From Octopus vulgaris (Eukaryota): a stretch of 64,000 nt of DNA. The notes beneath the pieces are model-generated. The model worked only from the letters and a program-made list of their open reading frames with translations. It did no database searches and was not told the DNA's origin. Below, one piece after another: positions 11,629-26,083 of this stretch. The position numbers and the translations under genes are program-made. Every line of letters starts with the position of its first letter. Within the stretch, counting starts at the first letter, position 1. Location: assembly GCA_951406725.2 (NCBI GenBank), contig OX597817.1, positions 26,660,001 to 26,724,000 of the forward strand, in the 5' to 3' direction.

Positions 11629-12524
11629 TACATATAGAGATATATAGGGATATATTTAATTACAAAAACTATGTACATTAAGAAGATAAACACATATATA
11701 CAAGCATATAGATATTTACATATATATACTGACAAATATGTTTTTAATAGGTGTATAAAATATACTGGAAACTATGTGAAGAATACAATGTTTTGTAACT
11801 CATCGACTGTTTCTGGGACCTCAGAAATATGCAATAGTTGTAATGTTTGAATTAGTAAATAGAAAGTCTGTAACCAGTTGATGGTCACATAGAGACATTA
11901 TCATAATACCAACTTCGTATGTCAGGAAGAAAATTGGCAAATAGCAGTTTACATTATAGTGTAAGCGACTTAAAGGTTGAATGGAAGAAGAGGAAAAAAG
12001 GAGTAAAAGGCAGGGAGATGGAGGATGTAAGAAGCTTAGGGAGGAAGGGTAAAGAATTAAAGGAAGAGCAAGAATCAATTAGAAATATAAGGTGGGGAGA
12101 GGGAGGGGGAGGTGAATAGTAATAGAAACGGTGTATCAGAGGGAAAAGTGAAGGGTGACACGGGTCAGTATTGTGAAAGGAGGCACTGTTGGTGATCAAG
12201 TTTGTCAGAGAGTGGCAAATCAGAAGACTGCATCAAGCTCTGTTGTCTATTTTGGCATGGTTTCTCTGGCTGGATTCTGTTCCTAATTCCAACCAATTTA
12301 CAGAGTGTACAGAGTGTTTTTACATCACACCAGCAGCAGTGAGGTCACCAGGTAACTTGCAATACAAAATCCCTCAACTGTGGGGAGGAGTATCGAGAGA
12401 TAGAAAGGTGTCTTGCATTAGAAGAGAAACATAACTTACTCAGACAGAGAAGAGAGAGAGAAAGAGATAGAGAGAAGAGAGGAGAAAAAGATGGTGATAT
12501 GACAGAGAGGGTGCAGGATTGTAT

Positions 12525-12751
12525 ACCTCGAGCTGGCAGAAACATTAGCACACCGGGCGAAATGCGTAGCCATATTTCGCCTGCCATTACATTCTGAGTT
12601 CAAATTCCGCCAAGGTCGACTTTGCCTTTCATCCTTTCTGGGTCGATAAATAAAGTACCAGTTTCGCACTGGGGTCTATGTAATCGACTTAATCCCTTTG
12701 TTCGTCCTTGTTTGTCCCCTCTGTGTTTAGCCCCTTGTGGGTAGTAAAGAA
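12525..12751 (+). mobile_element. SINE family B
   Basis: gagctggcagaaac..gagttcaaattcc..gactttgcctttcatcc..taaagtaccag. Confidence 0.85.
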
Positions 12752-13034
12752 ATATATATATAATAGACTGGGCCGGGGGCTGGGGAGAGTAGGTAGGTGG
12801 TTGAGTCCACAGGAATTTGAAAGAAGAGTAGGAGCTACAGATGTGGGGGAAGGTATTTAGCAGAGATACATTTTAATGGATGGAGAGCTGAACCATCCTG
12901 GGGTACAGAGGATTCGCAATCTAGTCTAGGGTCTGAAAGTTAACCACACCATAGTGGGTTACACCATGGTTCCTCTGCTTTGTGTTAAAAGTAGGAAGAA
13001 AGAGTGAAAGAAAGTTGTGGTGAAAGAGTACAGC

Positions 13035-13099
<65 letters not shown>

Positions 13100-13608
13100 T
13101 GTTTGTCTATATAACACAATGCAAAAATTCATTGATAATTGAATTAATGCCTGGAATATTTTAGACTTCTAACATTTAAAAGTTGTTAATATGTGAGTTA
13201 GTGCTAATAGATTACACATAATCTACCCAGTTTGGCATCAGATTTAAGAAAATATTTTGTGATAAAATCTAACCATTCATATTGCAGAATCATTAGTGTT
13301 CTTGAGACAAATTTTCTAGACACATAATCATTAAAGAACCCGTCTATTTGAGTACCAGCCAAATACTAGGGTCCATTGAATCATTCTGATCTTGTGCCTA
13401 TGTAAGAAATAATCATTATTGGGGTGATAAGTGGCATAACAATGTATCCAATGAGCACAGATCAAAATAACTTGCGGCACCCTGTTTTATTCCTTTAGCA
13501 TTTACAATCAAATTCAGCCATAGTCAACTCTACCTATCATCTTTTATTGGACAGTACAATAAGTACCAATAATTATTGGGTATGTCTAATTGACTATAAC
13601 CTACTCAC

Positions 13609-13782
13609 AGTGATTGCAATTGTGTGTCTCTGTTGGAAATCATTATGGTTGCTATGAGCAATTATAGGAATTATTATTACTAAAGAAGTTAGAACATTCA
13701 AATATTTAATAAGTTGGACATGAATGCATAATAAACACACACAACTGTATACAAGATTACTCAAAATAATGAAAAATATTTC
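13609..13782 (-). CDS. Candidate hydrophobic (transmembrane) exon EIFFIILSNLVY...QRHTIAIT
   Basis: ttttaaag|174 nt open|gtgagt; the 5' boundary is uncertain. Confidence 0.5.
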
Positions 13783-13882
13783 CTTTAAAATGTAATTTTT
13801 TATTATCATTTTTAAATTAAAATAAGTTGCTTTGAAAATTATTTCACAATAAGTTTCAATATATGTTTTTCAACAAATATTT

Positions 13883-14071
13883 CTTATTTCTTTATTACCC
13901 ACAAGGGGTTAAACGTAGAGTGGACAAACAAGGACAGACAAAGGGATTAAGTCGATTACATCAACCCCAGTGTGTAACTGGTACTTAATTTATCGATCCC
14001 GAAAGGATGAAAGGCAAAGTTGACCTCGGTGGAATTTGAACATGCTAACGTTTCTGCCAGCTCACCACCTT
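13883..14071 (-). mobile_element. SINE family B
   Basis: Reverse complement of family B, with an internal deletion. Confidence 0.8.
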
Positions 14072-14783
14072 ACAAATATTTCTGTTGGTGAATTTGGTGT
14101 CAGCTAATATCCTTTTATGAATGTATTTCAATAAATGTATCAACATCAACATCAATATAATCAAGCTTGGGCCAAATGGAATTCGTTAGGGTAGATTTTC
14201 TATATCTAGTTGCCCATGCTGTGTTCTAGTCCTCACATGTTTCCAAGCATATAAATATTTCCTCATGCTTTGTTATTTTCACAGAAGGTGAACACTGGTT
14301 GTATGATGGTGATACTCATTTACAAATATCAAGCAATATCAATTAAGTAGACACAGATGTACACACTAAATTCCTGTGCACAAACACAAACATATGGATA
14401 TATAAAATCATGCAGTGTGATTTAAATTAAAATTGTATGACAAATATCCAGCAGTTAGAAGCTTATATTTATTCATATTGTGTTCCATGCCAGCATGGGA
14501 AATGGATATTAAACAATGATGATGATCATCATGATGATAACGATATCTAAAGAGAAAGTCATAATGAGGGCTCATATATTTAAAGTTTCTCCTAATGTAT
14601 TCATAGCTAAGTAGATCATAGTGAGCATATAGGGAAAGCAAACAAAAAAAAACAAAAATAAAGTTTGTTCATAAATGATTTAGTTACATCATCCTACACT
14701 TTTTCAGTAACAACAAGAAGTTGCACATATATAAGAAAAAATTTATAAGCAAATCCCATTGTCAAATTTTCAGAGACTGTACC

Positions 14784-14852
<69 letters not shown>

Positions 14853-14892
14853 TATATAATCAAAATAAGCAACAAGAATAACTTCGGTAATT

Positions 14893-14971
14893 TGGTACGA
14901 TCGTTTCACACTACATCATTTTATTAAATATTGTAAGTATTACAACAGTTTTAAAATGCACTCATCAGCCA
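14893..14971 (-). ncRNA. Type I hammerhead ribozyme, intact core (relative of 265-351)
   Basis: tgg-CTGATGA-[54 nt]-GAAA-cgatcg-TA-cca; same caaaataagcaacaa terminus as the element at 234. Confidence 0.7.
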
Positions 14972-15114
14972 TTAATAGAGGTTTTCCATTAATACATAAT
15001 TTTCATATTGAGTGATAACATTATAGAGAAGGTAGATATATAGACAAAGAATATGGTACTAACTTAAGTACCATATTCATTTGAATCTAAATTTTGCTGT
15101 GCATATATATATAT

Positions 15115-15162
<48 letters not shown>

Positions 15163-15392
15163 GTTAAACCCTCCTTCTTTCCTTCTTTCCTAAGCATCCA
15201 ATAATACTATATTTGTTCCACGTCCTCGCGTTGTTGTGTTTTTTTGTGCTTTCATGTTTGGATTACTTTATATATATATTTACATGTATACATTAAAGGG
15301 CTTCCAAATAAAGAAGCGAGTGCTAGATACACAAAAAGGGGATAAATTCATGAAATGGAATGAAAATCAAAAACGTTTACCAACTCAGCTAA

Positions 15393-15467
15393 TCCTGTAC
15401 CGCGGTTTCATCTTTTTTTTAGCAAATGAATAGAATTTATCTGCCAAGGCCAGAATCATCAGCAGAA
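15393..15467 (-). ncRNA. Type I hammerhead ribozyme, intact core
   Basis: ttctg-CTGATGA-[46 nt]-GAAA-ccgcgg-TA-cagga, inside a TA-flanked insertion ~15295-15720. Confidence 0.75.
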
Positions 15468-15716
15468 AGCCTTTGTAATCCAAGATTACGTTAGAAGTAC
15501 GTTAGAAGCACGTGCAAATCTAACGATCTGTATACCCTAACTTTTCATACCAGTGCGCAGACGCAAATCATACCCGGCGACAGAGAGGATGCCGGTAAAA
15601 AATTTACGAGCAAATTTATCGAGCAATATTTAAACATAGTAAATATGGTAATAAAAATAAATTATTATTACCAGTCACTGGTAATAATAATTTATTTTTA
15701 TTACTTTATTTACTAT

Positions 15717-15759
<43 letters not shown>

Positions 15760-15761
<2 letters not shown>

Positions 15762-16500
15762 GGGTACGATGAATAAACTATTGTCTAAATTATGCAAAAA
15801 TGGAAATGACACTGACATCTCATTTTAATAGGTGTATTTAGCAAAAGTACATGAAAGTATCTTGAAATACTAAATAATAAATTTATTCAATAAAATTGCC
15901 ATTGGCTTCCACCATGGCCTCCAAACAACTTCGGAATCTCCTGCAACTCTTCTGGATGGTCTCCTTGTTTAAGCTCATGAATGCTGCCATAATCCTTGCC
16001 TTCAGTTCATCTTTGGTGTTACAAGGAGTTTTGTTGGTCTTTCACTCAACTGTGCCCGACACTTAATTAAGGGCATGGCAGTTTGGGGTGTTAGGTGGCC
16101 AGATGTTAGGTATGATGCGGTTTCAGAAATTGTCTGACAGCCATGACTGGGTTTTCCTGCTTGTGTGGCATGATGCAGAATCCTGTTGTCGGGGATATGG
16201 TTTTTCAGCAGCCACCCTTTTGACCCAGGGCAGCACTGCTTCCTCCAGGCACTTGATGTAGGCTTCCATGCTGAGTGTGAAGCTGTGTGGGGAAGATGGA
16301 TGGAGGCATCATGTGAAGGGATGCATGCAAAGTACTATGTTAGAGCAATAGTGAGCCCCTACAAAGCCGGGCTAAATAGCCATAAGTCCTCTTTTGGGTT
16401 CCAAGAGAGGTGCAATGTGAACAGATTAGCCAGATATAAAAATTGATTAATAAACTAGAAGTTGTTGGAACAGCTTTGACCATACTTCAATTACTTTCAT
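15760..16500 (-). mobile_element. Decayed Tc1/mariner DD37D (maT-type) transposon
   Basis: QQDSASCHTSRKTQSWL..WPPNTPNCHALN (37 residues from D to the degraded final D), C-terminus LEAMVEANGNFIE; internal stops. Confidence 0.75.
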
Positions 16501-16996
16501 ATCTTATTTTCTAACTAACTACCTTGTTTGTTGCACGTTCAGCGACTGATTGTCACTTAGTTTTCTAAATAGTGCAAGCTGAAGTGAATTCCTGCCATCT
16601 CTAGTGATTGGGTGTTCACCATTAAAGATGGGTACTAATAACCCAAAACCATTCGGTCTGGTGATGCCATCATTTGCTAGAAGATAGTAGGGGTTTACTC
16701 CCCTGCTGGCAATATATATCAGGTGCAGATTGCACTGATAACCAGCTGGCAGAGGCTCTGTTGGGAGTTAAACAGTAGTAACATCAAATAAGCAGATTAA
16801 TGTAGCAAACCAGATGTGAATCATTAGTGATTTTCTTCCTCCATCTTCCCTTCTATTGGACTTTCCTGTTTCCAAAGAAGAGCATCTGCTCGAAATGTTA
16901 AACCATCTTTCTTTCCTTCCCTGAGCATCCGCTAATATTTTACATGTACCACATACTTGTGTTGTGTTTTTTGTGCTTGTTCTTCTTTTTTAGATT

Positions 16997-17036
<40 letters not shown>

Positions 17037-17039
<3 letters not shown>

Positions 17040-17208
17040 CGCAGGAGTGGCTGTGTGGTAAGTAGCTTGCTTACCAACCACATGGTTCCGGGTTCAGTCC
17101 CATTGCGTGGCATCTTGGGCAAGTGTCTTCTGCTATAGCCCCGGGCCGACCAATGCCTTGTGAGTGGATTTGGTAGACGGAAACTGAAAGAAGCCTGTCG
17201 TATATATG

Positions 17209-17242
<34 letters not shown>

Positions 17243-17428
17243 CTTGTGTGTCTGTGATTGTCCCCCTAGCATTGCTTGACAACCGATGCTGGTGTGTTTA
17301 CGGCAAAAGAGACCGATACAATAAGTACTGGGCCTACAAAGAATAAGTCCCGGGGTCGATTTGCTCGTCTAAAGGCGGTGCTCCAGCATGGCCACAGTCA
17401 AATGACTGAAACAAGTAAAAGAAAAGAG

Positions 17429-17429
<1 letters not shown>
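17037..17429 (+). mobile_element. SINE family A
   Basis: aggcgcaggagtggctgtgtggtaag...gactgaaacaagtaaaag. Confidence 0.88.
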
Positions 17430-17491
<62 letters not shown>

Positions 17492-17933
17492 GCACACATA
17501 CACACACAAACACATATATATCTACAAATATTAAAGTAACAAATTAAGGAAAGAAATTCCTTTAAAGAGGTGTGTAAAACATCTAATTCACTGGTACGTC
17601 AGTTGAATACCACAGAAATAGGGGCATAATACAAATTAAAAGTTAACACTCATGCCTCTGAACATAGGTATTTGAATCAAATTGTTTGCAATCTAGCTGT
17701 CTTTTCACAGGGAATTTCGTCAGTCTTTTGAACCAAAACCCTGAAGAGACTTATATACATGGATATGAATTGTTTATAAATCAAATAATGTATGTCAATC
17801 AAAAAAAATTGTTGTCTGTTTGGTATTTTAATAATTTTTGATGTTATATTATTTTATATTCATAGTATATTATGTTATATTATAATATAAATAAATTGTT
17901 AGATTGTCAATTGAATCTTCCTATTTAATTTAT

Positions 17934-18013
<80 letters not shown>

Positions 18014-18049
18014 TATACATACAAATAAATAAATATATATATATATACA

Positions 18050-18091
<42 letters not shown>

Positions 18092-18105
18092 TATACATAC
18101 AAATA

Positions 18106-18143
<38 letters not shown>

Positions 18144-18154
18144 TATACATACAA

Positions 18155-18216
<62 letters not shown>

Positions 18217-18599
18217 ATATGGGAAAAAATTTATTTTAGAAATTATATTTACTGAAGTTATAACTAGAAAAGGCAGAATTAACCTTCTATAACTGATAGG
18301 TTATTGATCCTTACAGCTAAATGATAATTGTTTAATCAGTTATTGATTTAAATATTGTAGAAGTATTAAAGCAATTCATAGCCACATGAATGAACTTAAA
18401 AGTAGTGTATATTTCGTTGAAGGAAATACTTTTCAATGACAGTGTTACCACATAGTATTCAGGTTCCACAAACAACTTATCACATATGTACTTATGTATG
18501 TATGTCACTTGTATATTTTAATTGTTATAAATCTTCCATTGAGGAGGGAGCTGGTTTCCAACAAAGATACAAGGCTCCATCTTTGGGATGTAGTTAACA

Positions 18600-19960
18600 C
18601 AGACAAATTCACATTTGTAACTTGAAAATGAAGTTTTGCATATTTTTACTATTCCACTCACAGATTGAACTTGCAAAGTACAGATTAGCCAATCAATTTC
18701 TTTTTCTGGAAATCCCAGTTCATCCAAATTCTCCTTTAAACATTTACTAACAAAACCTTGTGCTACAATTATTATTGGTATGAATATGAATTAATAGTCT
18801 GGATATAGAAGCTGGAGGTTTTGAAACAGTTGCCCATAGATATCCACTTTTTCTTAGATTTTCAAAGAAGTATTTACATATGTGGGGCAGCTGCCCTCTA
18901 TGATGGCGCAAACCTTTGCTCCTCAGTCCCAAACAACAATATTCAGTCTGTTATACTCATTACTCTTTTACTTGTTTCAGTCATTTGACTGCGGCCATGC
19001 TGGAGCACCGCCTTCTAGTCGAGTAAATCGACCCCAGGACTTATTCTTTGTAAGCCTAGTATTCATTCTATCAGTCTCTTTTGCTGAACCACTAAGTTAC
19101 GGGACGTAAACACACCACCATGGGTTGTCAAGCAATGGTGGGGGTACAAACACAGACACACAAACATATACATACATACACATATATATATATACATATA
19201 TACGACGGGCTTCTTCCAGTTTCCATCTACCAAATCCACTCACAAGGCTTTGGTCGGCCCGAGGCTATAGTAGAAGACACTTGCCCAAGGTGCCACACAG
19301 TGGGAATGAACCCGGAACCATGTGGTTGGTAAGCAAGCTACTTACCACACAGCCACTCCTGCGCCTTATATTTACATTTCAATGAAGTTTTGATGGGAAT
19401 ATTCCACCAGTATTCCTTAAGTTGGTGTTTATGAATGTATTCCATAAGAGAGGCATTTTCTAAGTTTATTTCATGTCAGTTTTTTTTTTGTTTTTTTTGC
19501 GGATGGCTTTGTACATTGTTTTAACAACATTGTACCACATAGGGAGGAAGTACCATGACGACATTTAAGGACAGCTGCTAATCACATGCATGATGTCTTC
19601 CACAGAAACATGACATAGCCTACACATGCAGTTACACCTTGGGATTACAAGAGTGTCACTCTCTCTTATTTTTCACCAGGTAGTTTGTGGAAATTTCCTG
19701 TTCCTGGATTGCAGTCACATAGCCCTCAAAGTCTGATATGATGTAGTGGTTTTGTGTCTAAGAGTGGCTGAGCTTCATGTCAATTCTGCTTTCTTCTTCA
19801 AGCTTCTGGGAAATATACACATGCATAGCCTTTTTTTTTTTTTTTTGTATGTTGAGTGCTTTCCATCCAGATATTCTCTGAGGTAAGAGAGCCCAGCTGT
19901 TTTGAGGCTGTATAGGAGATCATCAAGAAGAGAGTGCTTCTTGAGGAGCTCACTGCCAAC
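18600..19960 (-). mobile_element. Decayed R4/Dong-clade LINE 3' part (CCHC knuckle plus restriction-like endonuclease), split by a SINE
   Basis: FEGYVTAIQEQEISTNY, CRLCHVSVEDIMHVISSC, NRLNIVVWD..IIEGSCP..EK..Y..L, IPIIIVAQGFVSKCLKENLDELG; many stops. Confidence 0.75.
18955..19366 (-). mobile_element. SINE family A
   Basis: Full copy inserted in the R4/Dong relic. Confidence 0.88.
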
Positions 19961-20074
19961 TCATACAATGTTGCTCATTTCACTTTTCAGTACTGCATTT
20001 ATATATTTATTTTTGCTGTTGTTGCTTAGCAGGTGCTGCCTGAGTGATACTATATCTGTATGAATGTATGTATG

Positions 20075-20290
20075 TAAAATTAATCCAAATATGAAAACAC
20101 AAAGAGAAAACACAACAACACGAAGACGGGGAACAAGTATAGTGTTATTGAACGCTCAGGAAAGGAAAGAAAGAAGGAGGATTTAACATTTTGAGCAGAG
20201 CTCTTTGTCAGAAACATAGAAAAAGAAAAGATCCAAGGAAGGGAAGACAGAGTAAAAAAAATCACCAACGATACACACACAGTCACATAT
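20075..20290 (-). mobile_element. Short Penelope-type relic with decayed ultra-minimal HHR (relatives ~15159, ~16870, ~26113, ~27280)
   Basis: Minus: tttCTGACAA-agagctctgctc-AAAAtgttaaat followed by the shared ctttccttcctgagc..aataa.acta segment. Confidence 0.5.
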
Positions 20291-20381
20291 CAACTGACAG
20301 GAAGGGAATGGGTGATGAAAAAGTTCTTTCAAAGATAGGAGAGTGCAGGAGAAGGAGGTATGTGTGTGTGTGTATGTATAT

Positions 20382-20416
<35 letters not shown>

Positions 20417-21644
20417 TTCTAAACAAGAGCAGAAAGATTTTTGCCCAATATGTCACCTGGTGGGACTGATTCTGAAATCATGCATTTGTAAAGTTAACTT
20501 CTTAACCACACAGCCATACCTGCACCTAAGTGCTAACAATATTAATAATACTAAGTGCTGCTGGGAAATATTTCACTTCAGTAATATAATTTTTCAATGC
20601 TATTTCTTGTTTTTGGTCATGAACAAAGTTAAAATCCCAGTAAAAGAACAAAATGAAGTTTGCAATAGGCATTCCTAATACTTTTGCCTTTCAATCTTAG
20701 ATTATCTCAGTGATTTATTCTTATGAAATAAGAATAAAATTTTCATCCTTAAGTCCAGAAAATACTTCAAGCTTGAACAGGTGCCGACTCTCTACAAGCA
20801 ATCATTCAAATATTTCTATATATCTCGAATTATAATGTCATAAAATACACAAGCATTCTAGACCATAAAATCTCACTCATCAAAATGTTTCAGCCATTGG
20901 TTCATGCATATATTTGTTCTTTTTTTGTGTCTCTTCTATTTCTTTTACATTAATTTTGGTTTTCAGAATTAGATAGCTTCCTAACCTGACCATCCTTGTC
21001 TTACCAGATACCTACATTTCTCTTGCTACCATCATTGTTTCATTCTCCTAGACTCTGTTCAAATGACGTTGACCAACCATTTCTTTTTCATAATTGCAAC
21101 TTCACTGGAATTCACTTCTCAGTTGTACATTTGCTGCTGACATTAACCTACAGTACTCTGTGAGTCAGAAATAAATGATGGCTATGCTCAATCTCTGATT
21201 AACCTACACACACACACACACACACACACCATCTATTAGGCAGTCATCATTCAGCATTCTGTTTATGGCTAAATCTGTGTTTTAAGTGTATGGCTCAAAA
21301 TCTGCTCTTACCCTAAGCTGCTGCAATGTTTAAGAGTCCAATGTGTTTTTAAATACGTTTCATAGTAGCAGTAAGTAAATTGATCACCCTCACAGAAGAT
21401 CCCTAACAAATCCACATCATGAAATGCAGAATCGTTATACAAACACTATCTAAATACTGAAAGAGATTGTCAAAATCACTTTAGATATCTAAAAACTAAA
21501 GTTTATTCAGTAATTAAATATTTAACCTTCTGCTAACATCTAGGCATATTAATAATAAAGTATATTGAGATTATACACATAACACCATTTTGAATAGACT
21601 AGTTTTTTTTTTTTTATGTGACCAAGATAAACATATATATATAT

Positions 21645-22056
21645 AGGCACAGGAGTGGCTGTGTGGTAAGTAGCTTCTTTACCAACGAGATGGTTCCGGG
21701 TTCGGTCCCACTGCGTGGCACCTTGGGTAAGTGTCTTCTACTATAGCCTCAGTCCAACCAAAGCCTTGTGAGTGGATTTGGTAGACGGAAACTGAGAGAA
21801 GCTCATCGTATATATGTATTTATATGTATGTGTGTGTGTTTGTGTGTCTGTGTTTGTCCCCCTAGCATTGCTTGACAACCGATGCTGGTGTATTTATGTC
21901 CCTGTTACTTAGTGATTTGGCAAAAGAGACCGAGGGAATAAGTACTGGGCTTACAAAGAATAAGTCCCGGGGTCGAGTTGCTCGATTAAAGGTGGTGCTC
22001 CAGCATGGCCGCAGTCAAATGACTGAAACAAGCAAAAGAGTAAAAGAGTAAAGAGT
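21645..22056 (+). mobile_element. SINE family A
   Basis: Full-length copy. Confidence 0.88.
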
Positions 22057-23611
22057 ATGATAGTAAGGAAATGTTTCATACATCTATGTATTATCAAAAT
22101 CAAAGAAGAGTAAAGTACCAACTTCAGCTTTTCTTCAAGATAGTAGGGTATGGTTTATGGGAGACTTAGCTACATGTTATTGCAGCCAAATGTCTGTGTA
22201 GAAACTCTCTTACTGGCTTTGAGTCTTACATACACTTATATGCTTTAGTAAATAATCTGGTCTTATGATACCTTTTCTTTTTTCCTATCCCTTTTTTGAC
22301 CACTCAAATCTACCATTGCAAATTCTCTATTCCTACAATGTGTGTCCATACTAATTTTTCAATTACATACTATAATCTATTCCACAATATCCACTCACTC
22401 GTAGAATTTTTTGAAATATTTCATCTCACTAGTTCACAGTGCATATTTATCAAAATGCATACACTTCATTTCTCTCTAAATGTTTCAAAATTTTGCCCCA
22501 AGTAACTGCAGCTATTTTAGGTAGAAAATGAAAAATTTTACGGAAGTATAAAATATTTTAAAGATCATTTACTAGTTTAAGTTAAATTGGTCATGATGGG
22601 ATACTGTTATTTTTTACTGAAATAAAAATATACTTTCTATCCTAGTGTCCATGGAGGATAAAACTACTGATTCCAGCTTTCATTTTATACTGCCATTCAA
22701 ATGTTATCACTTTAAGATGTAAAACTAGTATATGATATTGGAACCTCTTTACAATAATAACTCTTGATTCTGTGCAAGTGTTGTGCTGCATGCATCAGTA
22801 AAGTACTTCATATTATTTCCCTTCAGTATATCCTGAGAGAATTCAAAGAATAGTCCATTTTCTGTCAGACTGAAGAGGTGTATAAATTATGACAAGATAT
22901 TGAACATTTGATAGAAATTTGGCAGAATGCTTTAATACAAGAAAATCCTTTAAAAATCTTCATTTGTTTTAATATAAAATCTAAAAGAATTTCCTACATT
23001 TTGGCTGTCAAATAGAAATCTAATTTACAGTAGATTTTATACCTTTTTTCTTTCCTGTGTATTACCTATAGTGTCCTTACATATGACAACAGAACAGTTT
23101 TCTGTAGATTATAAAACCACAGAGTTTGTACTTGTTTGGCAAATAACTTGGTTGGATATTGTGTGTTAAGCTAGAAAATTTATTGTGGAAGCGACATGAT
23201 AATCTAAAACACAAGTACTATCATATTCACTTTTGTTTTTTTTTATTGGTAGAATTGTATTCTATAAATATCATAACTCTTTGTTTGTAGCTCAATGACC
23301 TGGTGCCTAACAATACTACTGCATCTGTATTAAATATTATCCATAAATATAAAGGAATATAATATTTGATCCCTCCCTATTTGTTTATGTCTGTGGCATT
23401 ACCTTATAGAAATAAGTCCTCGATTATATGAATGAGGTTAGAAGCTATAAATTATGTCTAAACTTAGCATTGCTTAAGCTGAAATTTTAAATAGCTGTTT
23501 TGAATATTTTTTGAAGGTACAATCTGTATTGTTCATGAGAATGGATGTTCTTTCAGATGAATATTATATGTTTGTAATATTTGTTGTTTAAGGTTATTTT
23601 TAACAGAATAC

Positions 23612-23830
23612 CTTTAGTCTTTGAAATATTAAGAGTTTAGAATTTTTTTTATATCCTTTTGTATAAGAAAACAATGCAAACTTATCTGATTCTTTCCTTC
23701 TTAGTTCCTTAATAAAAATGTCCACAGATTTTGGTGAGTGGAAGCATCCCAATATTAAACATTGTATTATTTGGAATGTATTGTTTAACACCCATTTATT
23801 ATTTAGAACTATTACAAACACTTCAAAGAA
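23612..23830 (-). CDS. Candidate exon ending ...KNSKLLIFQRLK
   Basis: Open 219 nt, donor AAG|gtattc, phase 0 matching the 13782 acceptor; acceptor uncertain. Confidence 0.3.
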
Positions 23831-25614
23831 CTGCTAATATCTGAATACTTTCAATTTCAGCCTAAAGCTAGAACAATATATTCTTTTAAAGAGAATTGGT
23901 CTTTACACAAGTTTTATATTTGAACAGTGATGTTTTAGAAATGTCTCAGTGTTTTTCCTTTTAATTTGCTAGAATTATATGAATGTTTTTGTACATCTTC
24001 TTTCACTTGTATTCTTAATTTGATTAGCCATTATATTAGTGTTGCTCTGACCTGCTAAGTCACGCGATATGATGGTTTTGTAGCAATGAAGACATCAGTC
24101 TGTTTCTACAAAAACTTCTCCAAGCTTATATTATTGTGATCAGCACACACAGACAGTTTTCTCCTTTCTATTTACACAAATCTTAGGACTGCTTTTTCTT
24201 CTTTTTTTTTGCTTCACATTTTGTTTTTATTTTCTTTCTGAATCAGCGTGTGGATGCCTATATGTATATATATATATGTGTGTGTGTGCCTTTCATTGCA
24301 TCTATGGTCTCGTGTAAGTCACTGTTAATATAGAAGTGTGTCCAGCATGTTTTACTATTTACAGTTTCCTGTCAACACAGAGCAGTAACCGAAATTCATA
24401 GTAATTAGTATCAAACAAAATGTCTTTGCTATCAATTCTGTATTTACTTCACAGCCTCTGCAATTGTTTACTTTCTGTTACAATCTTGCCATCTAATTAC
24501 CAGTAGAAAGAAATTGCCAAAGTTTTCAGATACACCTGCTGCTATTTTTGTTTTTTCCCTTCCGTTATCATTTTTCTTCTTTTTTTTTTTTGTCATTCTA
24601 TTAGTTTGAGAAATTTTATTCTACACTAGAAATTGCTCTTCTGTTGATACCCACTCACAGAGTGATGTATAATCTTCAGAGAAAACAATTTTGTTTATTT
24701 CGAAAAATGACTGACATGAAAAGAGTTCCCTTAATTTTGGGAAGGACTGATTTTTTTTTTTCCAACCAAAGTTTTCCAAAAACATGTCATGTACCACTAT
24801 TTTGCTGTTTCATTTGATTAGATGATAAGTTCAGAAAATGTTGTCCTTATATTAGGTAGCTGTCCTTTCTCATGTTAATCATCCTAAAGAGAAGCATAAA
24901 GACCCTCATCATCATCATTTTACATTCACTTTCCATGCAAACATAAGGTGGTCAGGTTCTCGTGGTCATGGTTTCAGTCACTTATTTGATTCCACTTCTC
25001 TCTGAGATGCATTGACAGACTATATTCTGCCTGTATTTTTTACTTTTTGGTTCGATTTTTATAACTTGAAACACTGCTTAACATCGACTATTTTACAGAG
25101 TAATCAAAATTAGGGGATTTATCAAGGAAAAAAATAACTGGTGTCAAAGAAAATATTTAAAAAATGGTCACAGTAATGTTAGTGATCAAGCACCTAAACT
25201 TTAAGACTGTGCTTTGGTACCAAAATCGATTAAAAACTAAAAATTTCCTAACATCATCTACTTTTTGTTGATACCAAACTCTTTCATGATACAAAACTAG
25301 TAGATATCTCAGACAAAAACAGGGTCAAATACTGGAATATCCTCTACCTGAAGCAAGTTTTGCATCCATGTATTTTTGCCAGTTCATTTAACAGCTTAAG
25401 CATAGAGCTTTGTTAAATCAGTCAATGATTTATGTATTGCCTGATGCATGAACACACTGCCACACACATACATACTTACACATACATATATATATGTAGC
25501 ATATATACATGTGTGTGCACATGCAATATTTGTGTATATATACTATTTTATTAAAGATGAGAAAGACTTCACAAACTGTTACAGAAAGAGCAATATTTAC
25601 AGAAGTAAGCACAT

Positions 25615-26083
<469 letters not shown>
